DNA from: Callorhinchus milii
Taxonomy: Eukaryota
NCBI RefSeq assembly: GCF_018977255.1
Contig: NW_024704743.1
Coordinates: forward strand, 66,962,001 to 67,022,000
Length of the DNA: 60,000 bases
Direction: 5' to 3'
Shown in pieces: positions 24,900-38,437 of this stretch. Below the pieces are notes generated by a model. That model was not told the origin of the DNA. It saw only the letters and a program-made list of their open reading frames with translations, and did not search any database. The first letter of the stretch is position 1. Every line of letters begins with the position of its first letter. Made by a program: the position numbers and the translations under genes.

Positions 24900-27800
24900 G
24901 TAAGTGCCCGCCAGGCCCCGGGGCGGGGGGGGTCCACCCTTTTGTTTCAGCTCCTCATCATCTGTCCCTCTCGGCACCTGATCCCCGTGCCCCCCCCCCC
25001 CCGGCCCGGCCCCCCCGGCCCGGCCCGGCCCCGGCGCTTTATTTGATGCAGACCCCCGTGATGGACGTGTGTGAGGGTCGGGAGACGCCGCCTGAGCCCC
25101 GGAGCCGAGCTGCACCTCCCTCCGCCGTAATAATAATAATAATAATAATAATAATCCTTGCATTTGATATAGCGCTTTTCACGTCGGGAGGACGTCCCAA
25201 AGCGCTTCACAGAACACACTGTAAAGTGAATTGACTGTATATTTGTGGGCGAACGCGGCAGCCAATTGCGCACAGCAATGTCCCACAAACAGTCGTAATT
25301 TGTTTGTAATCAGTAACAAATCAAATCAAATCAAAACAAATCAGTAACGTGATTTGGCCGCCAATGTACACAGTCACTACACCTCTCGGCTATATCCTGT
25401 GAAACGCTTTGAGACGTCTCGAAGACGTGATGAGGCGCTCCATCAAATGCGAGGATTATTATTATTATAGGTTTATTACGATGGACCCAGAGCCAAGTGT
25501 AATGGGTTGGCAGCGGCCGAACGGTCCCGCTTTAACTTCGACCGAAATCTCTCTGGAGGGTCTCCGGAGGACCCCACGTACCTCAATTGGCCCGAATTTT
25601 GGCAAAAGGCCACGCGCGCGCACAGCCCACTGAACCGCGGGGCGTCGCAAGCGAAACTGTGTTCGCTTCGACTTCGCGGTGGGTCCCGCTTCGCTTGTGG
25701 GTCTTCTTGTGTTCGGCTCTGATGTGTGTGGAAACCCATCGCCGTGCGATGGGTCAGAGTATCTGACCCGGACTGAGCTCCGTGTATGTACGTCACCTGC
25801 ACTGGAAGGTGCCGTATCCGATGCGAAGGTTATTTTATTATTTCCCCGTGTCTGGAATGAGATGTGGCCTCCCTCCCTCTCCCGACCTACCTGATTAGAT
25901 GACTCTAAAGTGGTGGTCCTTGAAACGAGAATGTCCGGCTCGAGTATTACTGCATGAGTTCATGAATCCCCTTTATGATAGGTACGTAAAAATGTCTTCA
26001 CTCCGTTTTCTTGCGTGGTAATTCATAATCCTTGCATTTGATACAGTGCCTTATCACATTGTCACAACGTCTCAAAGCTCTTCACAGGATATACTGTACT
26101 ATAAGGTGGGTCGACTGTACTTTGCGGGCAAATCATGGCAGCCAATTGCACATAGCAATGTCCCACAAACAGTCGTGAAGTGAGTGACCAATTTTATTTC
26201 AGGGGATTTTTTCGCCAGGACTATCTTCTCTTTTTGAATAGAATAGTCAGGCAGACGGATCTCGATTTAACATCTCGTCTGAAGAGCGTCACCTCTAGTA
26301 ATGCAAAGCACCCACGGCACTGCATTGGAGGGTCAGCTTAGACTGTAAATTCAAATCTCTTTGTGGAGCTTGAACCTTCTGACTCGGAGGCAAGAGTGCC
26401 TCACTGAGTCAGGTTAATGCACAAGATGGTACTGATGGTATTGATTCATTTAATTGTATTGATAAAGGCTAAATTTATAATCTAGAATATTTTTTCTTCT
26501 CTCCACCCCATTTATCATAATTCTTCCTCAAGGCACTGACTGCTCACAAGATGGTGAGGGTTGAGCAATCATATGGAGAGGATGGAAATTGATGGACTGC
26601 TTTTGCTCACATTCACACACTTACTATTTCCAGCTGCAGTTGCTTTGTAAGGATCAAAAGTGAAAACTACGGCTACATTTTGTTTCCACTCTCTAGACTA
26701 GGGTCAATTGAAGCTCCACTCTATAATAATAAATAATATTATTATAATTGAAGCTCCACTCTGAATACGATTAGCTGTAAGCATAAGTTGAAGGTCACAT
26801 TTGGTCAAACTGAATTTATTTCACCATTCAGGCAACACAACTAAGCATGATCCCATTCTTGCCCAATGTTCAGCATGCTGAAGCTTGCAGTTTTGATTAC
26901 TACAGTAACTGAAAGATTGTTGCATAGTGTTGGAAGTAATCTTTTGCCATGTGATCTGTTTAATGCAGGAGATAGTTTAAATTATTTAAACTATTTGCTA
27001 TGATAATGGAAAATTGCATAAATGGGCTAATACCATGGAGGAATATCTAGATTCTAAACCATAGAGTATCCCTATATAAATGCTAGAATTGTTTATTCTT
27101 CGCAGAGTCTGATGGAGAGGAGGTAGAAGATGAAGAGGAGGAAGAGGATTTTGATGATGATGATGATGCCGATGATGACAAGTCAGTCAAGGAAGAAAAT
27201 GGTGTTTTGGTTTTGACAGATGCGAACTTTGATTCATTTATTGAAGACAAAGATGTTGTACTAGTTGAATTTTATGCCCCTTGGTAGGTATGCTTATAAA
27301 ATGCAGGTTTGTTTTGATTCCTTTGTCAAAGTCAGACATGTGCTCTTTGAATTTAAATGCTTTTGCTCCCTTGGTAATTTATTTTAAGTTTTGATTCTGA
27401 ATGGTAGAAAAAATTTGTTTTTAAAATTATAATTGGCACATTAGGAACATAATGGGCAAAGGCACTAAGTGTAACAGGTAAGATGCAACAGTTACAACAG
27501 CTTTCAATTATATAGTACCCTTCACATGGGGTTGTGTCTTGGCAGTTTGCAGGTACAAATTTCAGTTTGCAGAGCTTATCTTAGTTGGAAACCTGTTGGG
27601 TGTTGATTTGACCTTGGTTCCTCCCCTTCTCCTCCTCCCCCCCCCCCCCCCCGTTGTGGAAGTTTAAAAACAGGATCCAAATTTTAGTTGTCTCATACTG
27701 GCCATTGCACAACACTCTGCAAACAGTCACTGTCTATGCCTGCACATGTTGAATTGTTGAATGGTCGCTTAAGCAAGGTACCACTGGGTGGTCAATACCC

Positions 27801-30800
27801 CACCCTCATGACGTTGCTTCCAAGGAAGAAATGGCATCTTCAGGAAGAAAGGAGAAAAGTAATATAAATATTAGTGATTCATATTTTTAGATGAATAACA
27901 TTTGACCAAAGTACCCAATGTTTTTCTGGGTGTCCTTGAATTTAGTTTTTAGGATTCTGAATTGTTCTAAAACTTGCCACTCTGAAATGTTAAACCTTGT
28001 TAAATCTATTGCAGTAAAGCTTGAGTAGTGATTGAAGTGGGGTTCCTGGTTTCATCATATTTTCTCCTTGTTCGGCAGGTGTGGACATTGTAAACAGTTT
28101 GCAACAGAATACGAGAAGATAGCCAGTGAGCTGAAAGAAAACGATCCTCCTATCCCTGTTGGCAAAGCAGATGCCACAACAGAGTCTGGGCTTGCCAGCC
28201 GATTTGATGTCAGTGGCTACCCCACATTTAAAATATTTAAAAAGGGACAGCCAGTTGATTATGATGGAGGAAGAACAAAAGATGGTAAGGAAAGATGGGA
28301 TTGCCACTCCACTTAAAAAAAACTCTCTTTCCCCACCCCAATTTCAACCAAGTTCCTCTTATGACCTCCCTTTGTATCCTTTCCTTCAGCTGATTACCAA
28401 ACCATATGACTATTTACGCATCAAGTTGTTATGGTCTTGAATGCACTGCCTAAAAGGGTGGTGGAAGCAGATTCAATAATAACTTTCAAAGGGGAATTGG
28501 ATATACTTGAAAAGAAAAAATTTGCAAAGCTATGAAGAAAGAGCAGGAGAGTAGGACTACAACTCAATATTGACAAGACGGAAGCCATACTCATTGGCCA
28601 CCGTCAGCGTCTTCTACCCTGCAGTTGTGGCCACTTTAACATCCCAAAGCCATCCCTCAGACTAACCTAACCAGTGCGCAACCCAAGTATCAGGTTCGAC
28701 CCACAGCTGTGCATCCTTCTCCACATCCAGTCCCATGACCAGGACCACTTTCCTCCACCTCCGCCACATTGCCCACCTCCGACTGTACCATATCCCAGAT
28801 GAAGCTGAAACATGCATCCATGCATTCATCACCTCCCGGCTCAACTTTTCAAATGCCCGCTTTGCCAGTCTCCCAACTCCACCATACACAAGGTCAGATG
28901 ATCCAAGACTCCACTACCTACATACTCACCTGTAGAAAAACTCCATACCCTCATCACACCAGTTCTAGCCAAGCTCTACTGGCTCCCTGTTGCCGAACAC
29001 ATTGATTTCAAGATCCTGACACTTGTTTTCAAATCCATTCATGCCCTGGCACCTCTTTGCCTCCCCAACCTGTTTACCCCACAAACTGCTGCCTCCGCTT
29101 GACTGGCTCTGGCCTTTTGTATGTCCCTTGTGCCTTTGTTCCACCATTGGTGGCAGCGCTTTCAGCCACTATACCCTGAAACTCTCGAACACTTCTTCTA
29201 TCCTTTCGCCTTGGCCCTTCCGCATCTTCAGGTCCTGCCTGAAGTCCTTCTTATTCTACTGTGTCTATGGTCAGCTCCCTCTCCCACCGGCTCGGTGTCG
29301 TGCTCCGCCACTGTCAAACGATCTGGGACGCTGCCCTGCATGAGGGGCGCTATATAAATGCAAGCTGTTGTAATTGGATAACTTTCAGACAGACATGATG
29401 GGTCGACCGGCCTGCTTCAGTGCTGTAGGTTTCAATAATCCGCTCAACTGGCACTGGCCTCCTGCTTGACTCTCACACCTCCACTCCACCATCGGAGGTC
29501 GTGCTTTCAGCCACTACGCCCCAAAACCCTGAAACACTCTCTCTCAATCCTTACATCTTACCCCCCTCCCCTCTTTCAAATGCTGCCTGAAAACTTTCCT
29601 CTTCGTCTGTGTTTACGGCCACCTACCCCCTCCACCCAGCTCGGAGTTAGGCTCCACCACTGTTAGGCGCTCTGAGACCCTACCCTGCATGGAGGGCGCT
29701 CTAAAAGTGCAAATTGTTGTTCTTGCAAGTAAATAGAAGGATCACACTTGTGTTCATAATTTTCCTGAAAACATCAGATGAGAAAATTCATAATTAAATC
29801 TATTGACTTCAGTTGTAAATTTTCACTTCAGTACAAGCATTTTCTGTTGATTTACCTGTACTGCCTGATTATACTGTTCTCTTCAGTTGTGGCTTACCTT
29901 TAAACTTGTTTTCATAGAAATTCTGTCTAAAGTGAAAGAAATTGCTGCCCCAGACTGGGCTCCGCCGCCTGAAGTAACCATTACTTTGACTTCAAGTAAC
30001 TTTGCTGAGATAGTGGATGAAGCTGATATAATTCTGGTGGAGTTCTATGCTCCTTGGTAAGTGCACATACCATTTTTAATCCTTGTTTAATTTTAAAATG
30101 TAAATTAATCTCAAAACAGCATTTCAGAATTGGAGCCCAAATACCTTTCTGTTGTACGTTTGTGTATCTAAAGTATTGTTTAACTATTTCTAATGCTGAT
30201 GATAGTGTGAACTGTGTTGGAACCCAGTGCACTGTGCTGTGGATAGTATTTATGTTCATGGCTGCTGATTTCAGTGATATTGAAATCATCACAGCTACAG
30301 TGGAGTCCTGTAGCTCAGTGGAGTTTTCTTACTCCACACGACTGGTAATAATCCCTCAAGAAGAAAAAATAATAAATTGGTCATTTCAATCCGTGACGTT
30401 TGTGGGACACTGCTGTGCACAATTGGCTGCTGTGTTTCGCCCACAAGTATACAGTCAATTCACATTACAGTATATTCTGTGAAGCGCTTTGAGATGTCCT
30501 CCCGACATGAAAAGCGCTATATCAAATACAAGGTTTATTATTGTTATGTTGGACTTCCAAAAGGGAGAGGAAAACTGATATCCAGAAAGATGAGATGCAA
30601 CTCTTGCCAGAGATCTCTTTCCTCGTGACCTCGTGATAATGGAGTCCTGTAGCTCAGTGGTTAGAGCACTCGCTTTGTAAGCGAGAGACCTGAGTTCAAT
30701 TCCAGGCAGAGCGAAACCTTGGGCAAGTTTCCTTACTCCACACACCTAATAATAATCCCTCCAAAACCAAAAACAATAATAAATTGGTCATTTTCAATCT

Positions 30801-33800
30801 ACGACTGTTTGTGGGACATTGCTGTGCGCAATTGGCTGCCGCGTTTGCCCACAAATATAAAGTCAATTCACTTTACAGTGTGTTCTGTGAAGCGCTTTGG
30901 GACGTCCTCCCGACGTGAAAAGCGCTATATCAAATGCAAGGATTATTATTATTATTTATTATAATTAATGGCACAAAAAATTAGAAAAATATTTCAATGA
31001 TGTATACAGGGTAATCGAATATTTATACTGTTGCCAATTTTATTTTAATGCAAAACTACGATCTGTTTAGTGCTTGTAAACTGCTAATACTAATAACTTA
31101 AATATTGGGAATAAGCACAACATGGTGAATAGTCTATATTGTTTTTATAGATAGCCTGCTTTATATTTGTGTGTCGGCTACAGTAATAAATACAAATTGC
31201 CTTGACTGCACTTCATTACAGGTGTGGACATTGTAAAAAGCTTGCTCCAGAATATGAGAAGGCAGCCCAGGATCTCAGCAAGCGTCCTGTGCCCATTCCT
31301 CTTGCTAAAGTAGATGCTACTACTGAATCAGAACTTGCTAGCAAGTACCAGGTTTCTGGCTATCCTACCCTGAAACTGTTTCGCAAGGGTAAAGCTTTTG
31401 AATACAATGGACCAAGAGACAGATATGGTAATATACCTTTGGACAACTGATAATCATATAGCAGAACTGTAGAATGGAAAGCTAGAGGAATAAAACATAA
31501 ATCACAGGTCCTAGTAGGGTTATAAAACTCATTAATATGACTCTACTTGGACTTTTGTGTACTGTTATTGGGTTTGTATTACAGACCTAAAAGAAAAAGG
31601 TATGACAAAGAGCAAACATTAATTATGAGATTAGGAATCTGAGCTATGTGAAGAGTTGGCAGAAGTTGGTAACGTATATTAGAAATTGACAATTGAGAGA
31701 TAATCTTATGTTGATTTAAAGCAGCATGTTGTTCAAATGAGTATGCACAATAAAGTTTGCATAGGTATAAAATGTGCAATAGTTTGCCAGACAGATGACG
31801 GATAACTTGAGCAGTTTAAGACAGTATTTGATGGTGACGGCTTGAGTCGTATGTGAGATTTTGCTATCCTTCTGCTACCTTGTCCTCCCTCCTTTCCTTC
31901 CCTGTTTCTGGCACGTTAGCCATAATCGCCATACTCTTTTTCCGCCTCCCCCCCCCCAACCGCGCTGTCTCCCATGGCTGATGCTGCCCCACTGATCACT
32001 CGTTCCCGATGTCTGCCTGCATCCTCCGTCAGACCCATCGTGACTCCCGACATTGGTTGTTCTAGAGTAACCACTCCAACTGTCCCATCGCTTACTCTCT
32101 CCGCACCAACTGCCTCTGAAAGGCAAACACCCTTTCGCCCTCCCTCAGCCACCCTCTCCAATAGGTATCCTTATGCATTATAGTGATTTATTCATGTTAT
32201 TACCACATAACTGCTTATCTTGAGTTTAAATATAGTTCTTTCCAATGAACAGTGATACGTAATGTTTATTTTAAAGTAATCCTAACCTGTTACGAATGCT
32301 ATTTTATCTTCCCAATCTTATCTTCAAAAGCTTCAGCTGTGATTCCAGGTTAATGTTGTGTTCCAGCTTTTAATTTTTTTTTCTCTAATTTATATCTAGG
32401 TATAGTTGAACACATGGCTGAACAAGCTGGCCCTCCATCCAAGCATATTCAGACTCTTAAACAAGTTCAAGAATTCCTTAAAGATGGTGATGATGTAATC
32501 GTGTTGGCATTTTTCAACGGAGAACAAGACCCAGAATATCAAATCTATCAAGATGCCTGTAAGTAACTTGCTGAGCTGAACAGTATTGGGTGATTTGAAA
32601 TAGCCTTTACTTTTGTCCATCAAGGATTTACGAGGGAGATTTTTTTTAAATCCTGGGGATAGTTTGATTACCAAGTTAGCATCTTACTAAAAGATTTACT
32701 GGGTTTTTAAATGAATGTGCTTTACCTAAAAGACCTCGACTCTACGTACAGAGTGGCCCTGTTATAACGCAGTTATGGTGAGGGACCCATTCAGTGTGAA
32801 AGCACACAGGCAGCCCTCTTCCTTGCCAACCAAGTCTCAACACTAAAATGGCCAATTTCCAGATTATTAGATTGTTGCTTATGTTACTTCCCACTTTGCG
32901 CACGCGCAGCACACAGGAAGTGATGTTGGCAACAACCCGGTGATTCAGAAATTGACCATTTTTAAGAGTGGAAATTGGCTGGCATGCAGGAAGCAGGACA
33001 ACTAACTGGCTGTGCGCGTGCTCAGTCTAACCAGCCATCACATCCTTAGTGTAGCCTCAGGATTCTCAATCACCATGTTGTAGCAAGGCTCCACTGTACT
33101 TGTTGAAGTCTGAGTTTATAAGTGTGGATATGAATTACAGTAAAGGCTTTTTTAAAACCATAATCCCATCATTTGTAAAATGGAGGTTATTGCTAATTAT
33201 GGACAACCAAGATGGGTGTGTTTAAAAGCTCTTCAGCCCATCAAGCCTGCACCAGCTCACAGAGCATGGATTTCCCTTCAAGCCCCTCTCCTTCATACAT
33301 CTGTCTTACTTCCCTCTTGAAGGCTACAATGGAATGTGCCTCCTTGGTAGGGTGTTACACACTCCAACTACTCCACTGAGTGAAGAAATTCCTCCCAAGT
33401 TCCCCGCTTACTCTTCTTGCGGTGATTTTATATCTATGTCGCCTAGTTATTGACTCCCCAACCATTGGAAATAACTCCTCTTTATGTACCACAACAAAGC
33501 TCCTCATGATTTTATTCACTTGCAACCAGGGCCCTGTGATTTCTCAATTTTTAGTTCTAACTTTTTAGTATAGTTTCCATTTTGATCTTTATCCCCAGTA
33601 GTTGATCCTCATTCGCCCCATTTTAAACTCTGTTCTGGGAGTATCTACTCCTCAGTGAAAATGGAGGCAAAATACTTATTTGATAGCTCTGCCATCCCCT
33701 CCTCTAGCACCAAATTACCACTCTTGTTCCTAAGCAGTCCAACCTCCTCCTGACTATCATTTTTGTTTCTAATATGCTTATTAAAAACCTTTACAGTTTC

Positions 33801-36800
33801 CTTTAATGTTGTTCTATGGTGTTTTTTTCCTGATCTCTCTTAGCCTTTCTAATTTCTCTTTTTGTCACTTTTCTATGTTTTTGATATAAAGCATAAGACT
33901 CCCTCTTTTTCATTGTTAAACAGTAATTGAGTCCGCATTTCTGATACGTTTTTAACAAATGGGTGACTATTTAACCCTGTTTCCTAGAAACCTAATTTTA
34001 ATAAGGATTCTTTTGGGGTTTGTGTTCGGGTAACTATCTCTGTTACAGGTAACTCTCTCCGTGAGGACTACAAATTTCAACACACGTTCAACGTTGAAAT
34101 AAGAAACTTCTTAAACACCGCACCTGGACAACTTGTCATGATGCAGCCTGAACGGTTTCAGTCCAAATATGAGCCCAAAATGCACACTTTGTCTCTCAAA
34201 GTAAGTTTTTTTTTTCCTCTTTCCTTTCTTTACGTTCCCACTTCCTGTGTTTCTTTGGAAAGTTATTCGAGTGAACAGTTTGACTGGTGTGTAGCTTTTT
34301 TTTCTTTACGTGAGCTGAAAAGATATAAAGGGTACAGAAAAATGTAAAACAGTTTACATTTGAAACAAAAATTCTACAGCTTCTGTTGCCACTTTATTGA
34401 GGCTTTACTGGTGCGTCCAACTGAGTTTATCCTCGCCCAACTCCACTGGCTTCCCATCGCACAAAGGATACAGTTCAAGATCCTGTCCCTCACCTTCAAA
34501 GCTCTCCACGGTCTTGCTCCCCCCTACCTCTCCCAACATCCTAACCCCCTTACCACCCTGATCACTCCCTCCGCTCAGCGGGCTCTGGCCACATTCCCCG
34601 CTTTGCTCACTCAGAGGGTAGTGCATTTGTGGAATTCTCTACCCCAGAAGGCTGTGGATGCTCAGTCCTTAATAATAATAATAATAATCCTTGCATTTGA
34701 TATAGCGCTTTTCACGTCAGGAGGACGTCCCAAAGCGCTTCACAGAACACACTGTAAAGTGAATTGACTGTATATTTGTGGGCAAACGCGGCAGCCAATT
34801 GCGCACAGCAATGTCCCACAAACAGTCATGGATTGAAAATGACCAATTTATTATTGTTTTGGGTTTTGGAGGGATTATTATTAGGCGTGTGGAACATATT
34901 CAAGACTGAGGTTGATGGATTTCTGAAGGATAGAGGATTAAGGGATATGGGGATAGGGCGGATAAATGGAAATAGTTAGAAGATCAGCCATAATCTTATT
35001 AAACGGCGGGGCAGGCTCGAGGGGCCAAATTGCCTACTCCTGCTCCTATGTCTTATGGTCACTCCGGACCCCCAGCTCTCGGCGACGTGAAAGACACTAT
35101 ACAAATGTAATTTTGTTGTTGATGTTCACTAAAAACTAGTATCTGTAACCAGACCACATGCATGGATTGTACAGCACAGAAATGGGCTATTCGACCCAAC
35201 TGGTGCCAAGATTCTGTGATCCTGACAGCTGCTCAAAATCTCTTTACCAGAATTTAACTTGAGGCAGCTGGAGATTGATTGAATTAGTTATTTCTCCAGT
35301 TTGTGGCCAGTTTTAATTAAAGAGTGTTTAGTAACTTTGAGTGGATCTTTTGGGTAAAGTTCTTTATATCAAGTACTTCAGTTGTTTCTCTGTTCTATGA
35401 AGAGATTTCTGTTGGGAATCTTGTTTCTGTATCCCACTGTGGTTTTACATGGGGAATGAGCTAAATCTATTCCTTAATTCTATATTACAGGATACCACAG
35501 CAGAGTCTGAAATTAAGGAATTTATTACAAATAATGCTTTGCCTTTAGTTGGACATCGTAAACAAAGCAATGATGTGAAAAGATACAGTAGGCGACCATT
35601 AGTGGTTGTGTATTATGGAATTGACTTCAGTTTTGATTATCGTATTGGTAAGTACATTAGATACTGTTTTATTTATGGACACATTTTATTATATTGAAAG
35701 GGTTTATCTTGCAAATGTGCTATTTTGCAAAACCTTTAAATTAATACAGTAATAAAGTACAGTTTGGTTCTTTTAAAGACGTGCAAAAAAACTTCCATAT
35801 TTAAGAATTTTTCACAATTGTACACAAAATTAAGACTAGATGGAATTGCTCCAGCACATTTTTTAGCATTATTTTTTAAAAATCTTACTGAAATATCTGC
35901 ATTGCCTCTCCCTCATTAGCTGCTGTACTTTTACATCTGGAAATGACTTGCATATATAAAAAGCATACCACATCATTATTCAAGAGATCTTTTCATGTGA
36001 TCCTTTTTTGCTTTCCAAAGAAGATGACTGGAATATATTGGCTCATTTTAATTCATAATTACTGTTGAGTAACAATTTCATGTACACTACATTTTTCAGT
36101 TTATTTTAAGGAAGGCGTACACTGAAATACCACCTCTGAACTGAGAGCAGTTTTTCAAAACATTTGGGGGAGGTTCATCAGAAAAAGGCAATTGGAATTG
36201 GATGTAACAGCAATGATTCTCATCAATTTAAGCAAAGCTCTTGAACCAAAAATAATTGTATTTTGGAAACTTAATTTTCCCTATAATAAAAATATATATA
36301 ATATAAATAAACAACATTTAAGGGACCTGGTATACACATTAGCTCTTCTAAAGCAAATGGAACATAATGTACTGTCTTCTTACAAACAAATAGTATCCGG
36401 ATAACATTTATGGGTTTAAATGTAAAAATTAACTGTCTTAGTATAGTAAGTCTATTTAATGATGCTCATTCTTTGAGAATTATTGTTCTCAAGCTACTCA
36501 GTACTGGCGGAAAAAAGTTTTGAAAGTAGCCAAGGATTTCCCTGAATACACTTTTGCAATTGCCGATGAAGAAGATTATTCATCAGAGATGATTGATCTG
36601 GGCCTGGCAGAGAGTGGTGAAGATGTGAATGCAGCAATCTTTGATGCTGGTGGCAAGAAATATGGAATGGAACCAGATGAATTTGACTCTGAAACTCTGA
36701 GAGAGTTTGTAATTGCATTTAAAAAAGGTACGTCGAACATAATTGTAGTGGAATGAAAGGGTTGTACATCAATGTTTCTCGTTTGCTGTCGGGTATCTAT

Positions 36801-38150
36801 GGGTCTTGTTCAAAGAATTTTAAAAAGGGTTTAGAAATAGAAACTTGGGGCACAGAAGGCCATTTGGTCAATTTTCTCATATGATATAGATAACATACAT
36901 GTTAATGAATGCACGTTTTTATTTAAAAGGTGCACAATATTGGACATTATGAACAAATACGATGCATGATGTGATAAACAGTGAGACCAAAAAGGCCCCA
37001 CATTGTTTTTGAGGGCGAGCAATGGGGAGCTCAACTAGCTCCACCTTCCTGGTTGGGGGGAGAGAATTTCAACCAAGGTTCCTGTTTTGATTGTGGTTCC
37101 CTCTTTAAAAATTCAGATCAGTCTAATTTTATTTATTTTTTGGTCAGCGGGTGTCTGACACATGTGGAAACCCATCATTATGCTTAAGAGTATCCAAACC
37201 AAGCTACGAATTCCATGCAGTTTAGATAAGTCTAAGGTGTAATGTTGTTCCTAGAGGCTGGGTCGATAGGGTTGAAGAAGTCGCAAAAGTAGGGTTGGGC
37301 AAGAACACAGTGGGATTTGAAGGTGAGGACAAGGATCGTGTCAGTATTGATGGAGAGATTGAATAGAGCAATGAGGCAGAGAGAACCATGATCACTGATG
37401 GAAAGAATGTCATTGGTGACTTTGACCAGGACAATTTTTGTACTCTGGGCTGGGAATACAGATTGAATGGGTTTCTGCATGGAGTCCCAGGGAGGGAAGC
37501 TGGGAAGCACTATACCAGTAGATTAACAAACTGTATGTATACAAGTCTCTGTCCTTTTCCTACTACCAAACTACCAAATCAAAGCACTCCATGGTATGAC
37601 AAGAAAGAGTAACTGGGTAAAGCAGCCCTTCTTGCGAGAAGTTGAATTCTTAAATGTTTTTGAGATTTTCTATCAAAGGGCGAGGTGCATATTTACCACC
37701 TTAACTGATGGTATTTTCTATAATTTTGCAGGTAAATTGACCCCTATTGTGAAGTCGCAACCAGTGCCAAAGAAAAACAAAGGACCAGTGAAGATTGTAG
37801 TGGGCAAGACATTTGGTGAAATAGTTATGGACAAAAAGAAAGATGTACTAATAGAATTCTATGCACCTTGGTGTGGACATTGCAAGAGCCTGGAACCTGT
37901 ATATTTAGACTTGGCCAAAAAGTACAAGAATGAGAAAAACTTGATTATTGCGAAGATGGATGCAACAGCAAACGACATACCAAATGACAAATACAAAGCT
38001 CAAGGCTTTCCTACCATTTATTTTGCTCCAAGCAATAATAAAGACAATCCAATTAAGTATGATAAGAATGACCGCGATCTTGAATCTTTGAGTAAATTTG
38101 TAGAGGAACATGCAAGTAAGATATCTAGAATCAGCAAAGATGAACTATAA
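24815..38150 (+). CDS. PDIA4: Protein disulfide-isomerase A4 (ERp72), 10 coding exons, 644 aa
   Basis: join(24815-24899, 27106-27283, 28079-28284, 29918-30056, 31222-31427, 32400-32558, 34049-34200, 35491-35647, 36494-36727, 37732-38150) = 1935 nt, all introns GT-AG and in frame. Signal peptide, acidic stretch, three [10 protein letters not shown] sites, terminal KDEL. Confidence 0.97.
25128..25297 (-). mobile_element. Young SINE 3' part in PDIA4 intron 1
   Basis: Near-consensus tail with (TAA)n; nearly identical to the copies at 30800-30960, 34672-34850 and 38575-38680. Confidence 0.88.
26025..26415 (-). mobile_element. DeuSINE-like element
   Basis: Same tail plus Deu-like domain as 6150-6572. 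Confidence 0.6.
27106..27283 (+). CDS. PDIA4: PDIA4 exon 2 (acidic region, start of first thioredoxin domain)
   Basis: E/D-rich tract, then [15 protein letters not shown]...VEFYAPW. Confidence 0.95.
28079..28284 (+). CDS. PDIA4: PDIA4 exon 3
   Basis: [15 protein letters not shown]...[11 protein letters not shown]. Confidence 0.95.
28560..29372 (+). mobile_element. L2 LINE 3' fragment inserted into a CR1 3' end (CR1 pieces ~28430-28560 and ~29375-29430)
   Basis: [13 protein letters not shown] motif; the flanks resemble a CR1 tail. Confidence 0.75.
29918..30056 (+). CDS. PDIA4: PDIA4 exon 4
   Basis: [21 protein letters not shown]...ILVEFYAPW. Confidence 0.95.
30302..30960 (+). mobile_element. 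Two tandem SINE copies (30302-30545 internally deleted; 30641-30960 full length)
   Basis: Both begin ggagtcctgtagctcagtgg and end in the family tail. Confidence 0.88.
31222..31427 (+). CDS. PDIA4: PDIA4 exon 5
   Basis: [15 protein letters not shown]...YNGPRDRY. Confidence 0.95.
32400..32558 (+). CDS. PDIA4: PDIA4 exon 6
   Basis: [15 protein letters not shown]...YQIYQDA; AG/GT borders. Confidence 0.93.
32747..33098. mobile_element. Old palindromic MITE (Tc1/mariner-pogo/Tigger-like ends)
   Basis: Imperfect terminal inverted repeats TAcagagtggccctgttataac...tgttgtagcaaggctccactgTA with TA flanks, plus internal inverted arms. Confidence 0.55.
34049..34200 (+). CDS. PDIA4: PDIA4 exon 7
   Basis: [13 protein letters not shown]...[12 protein letters not shown]. 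Confidence 0.93.
34420..35122 (+). mobile_element. Nested cluster: L2 3' end containing a CR1 3' end containing an inverted SINE (34671-34890)
   Basis: L2 [13 protein letters not shown] motif. The CR1 sequence ctcagtcctt|aacatattcaagactgagg is split by the SINE; the same sequence is intact at 42120. Confidence 0.85.
35491..35647 (+). CDS. PDIA4: PDIA4 exon 8
   Basis: LPLVGHRK...[17 protein letters not shown]. Confidence 0.95.
36494..36727 (+). CDS. PDIA4: PDIA4 exon 9
   Basis: [29 protein letters not shown]...AFKKG. Confidence 0.95.
37732..38150 (+). CDS. PDIA4: PDIA4 exon 10 (third thioredoxin domain, KDEL)
   Basis: [12 protein letters not shown]...SKDEL followed by stop. Confidence 0.96.
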
Positions 38151-38431
38151 AAGTTCTGTACTACTATGAGCAGTTGTAGAGAATCTTTGAAAGGGCAAAT
38201 TACTTTTAACCATGAAGTATGAACTTAGGGTATTTGGCAGAGAAATTATCGGGTTTCTAAAGCTTGATTACTAAAAATTACTTTAGAAATTCTTGAATGG
38301 ATGTTTTTTTGTTATCTGAATTTTTTTACAGCCACTGTAACCAAAATATTTGGTAAGAATGTGTAAAATCACTTTATTTTCTCAAGTTTCTACAATCATT
38401 CTATTGATTTATATTTTGGTAACATTGTTTG

Positions 38432-38437
38432 AATAAA
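38432..38437 (+). terminator. Probable PDIA4 polyadenylation signal AATAAA
   Basis: AATAAA about 280 nt after the stop, followed by GT/T-rich sequence. Confidence 0.6.
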
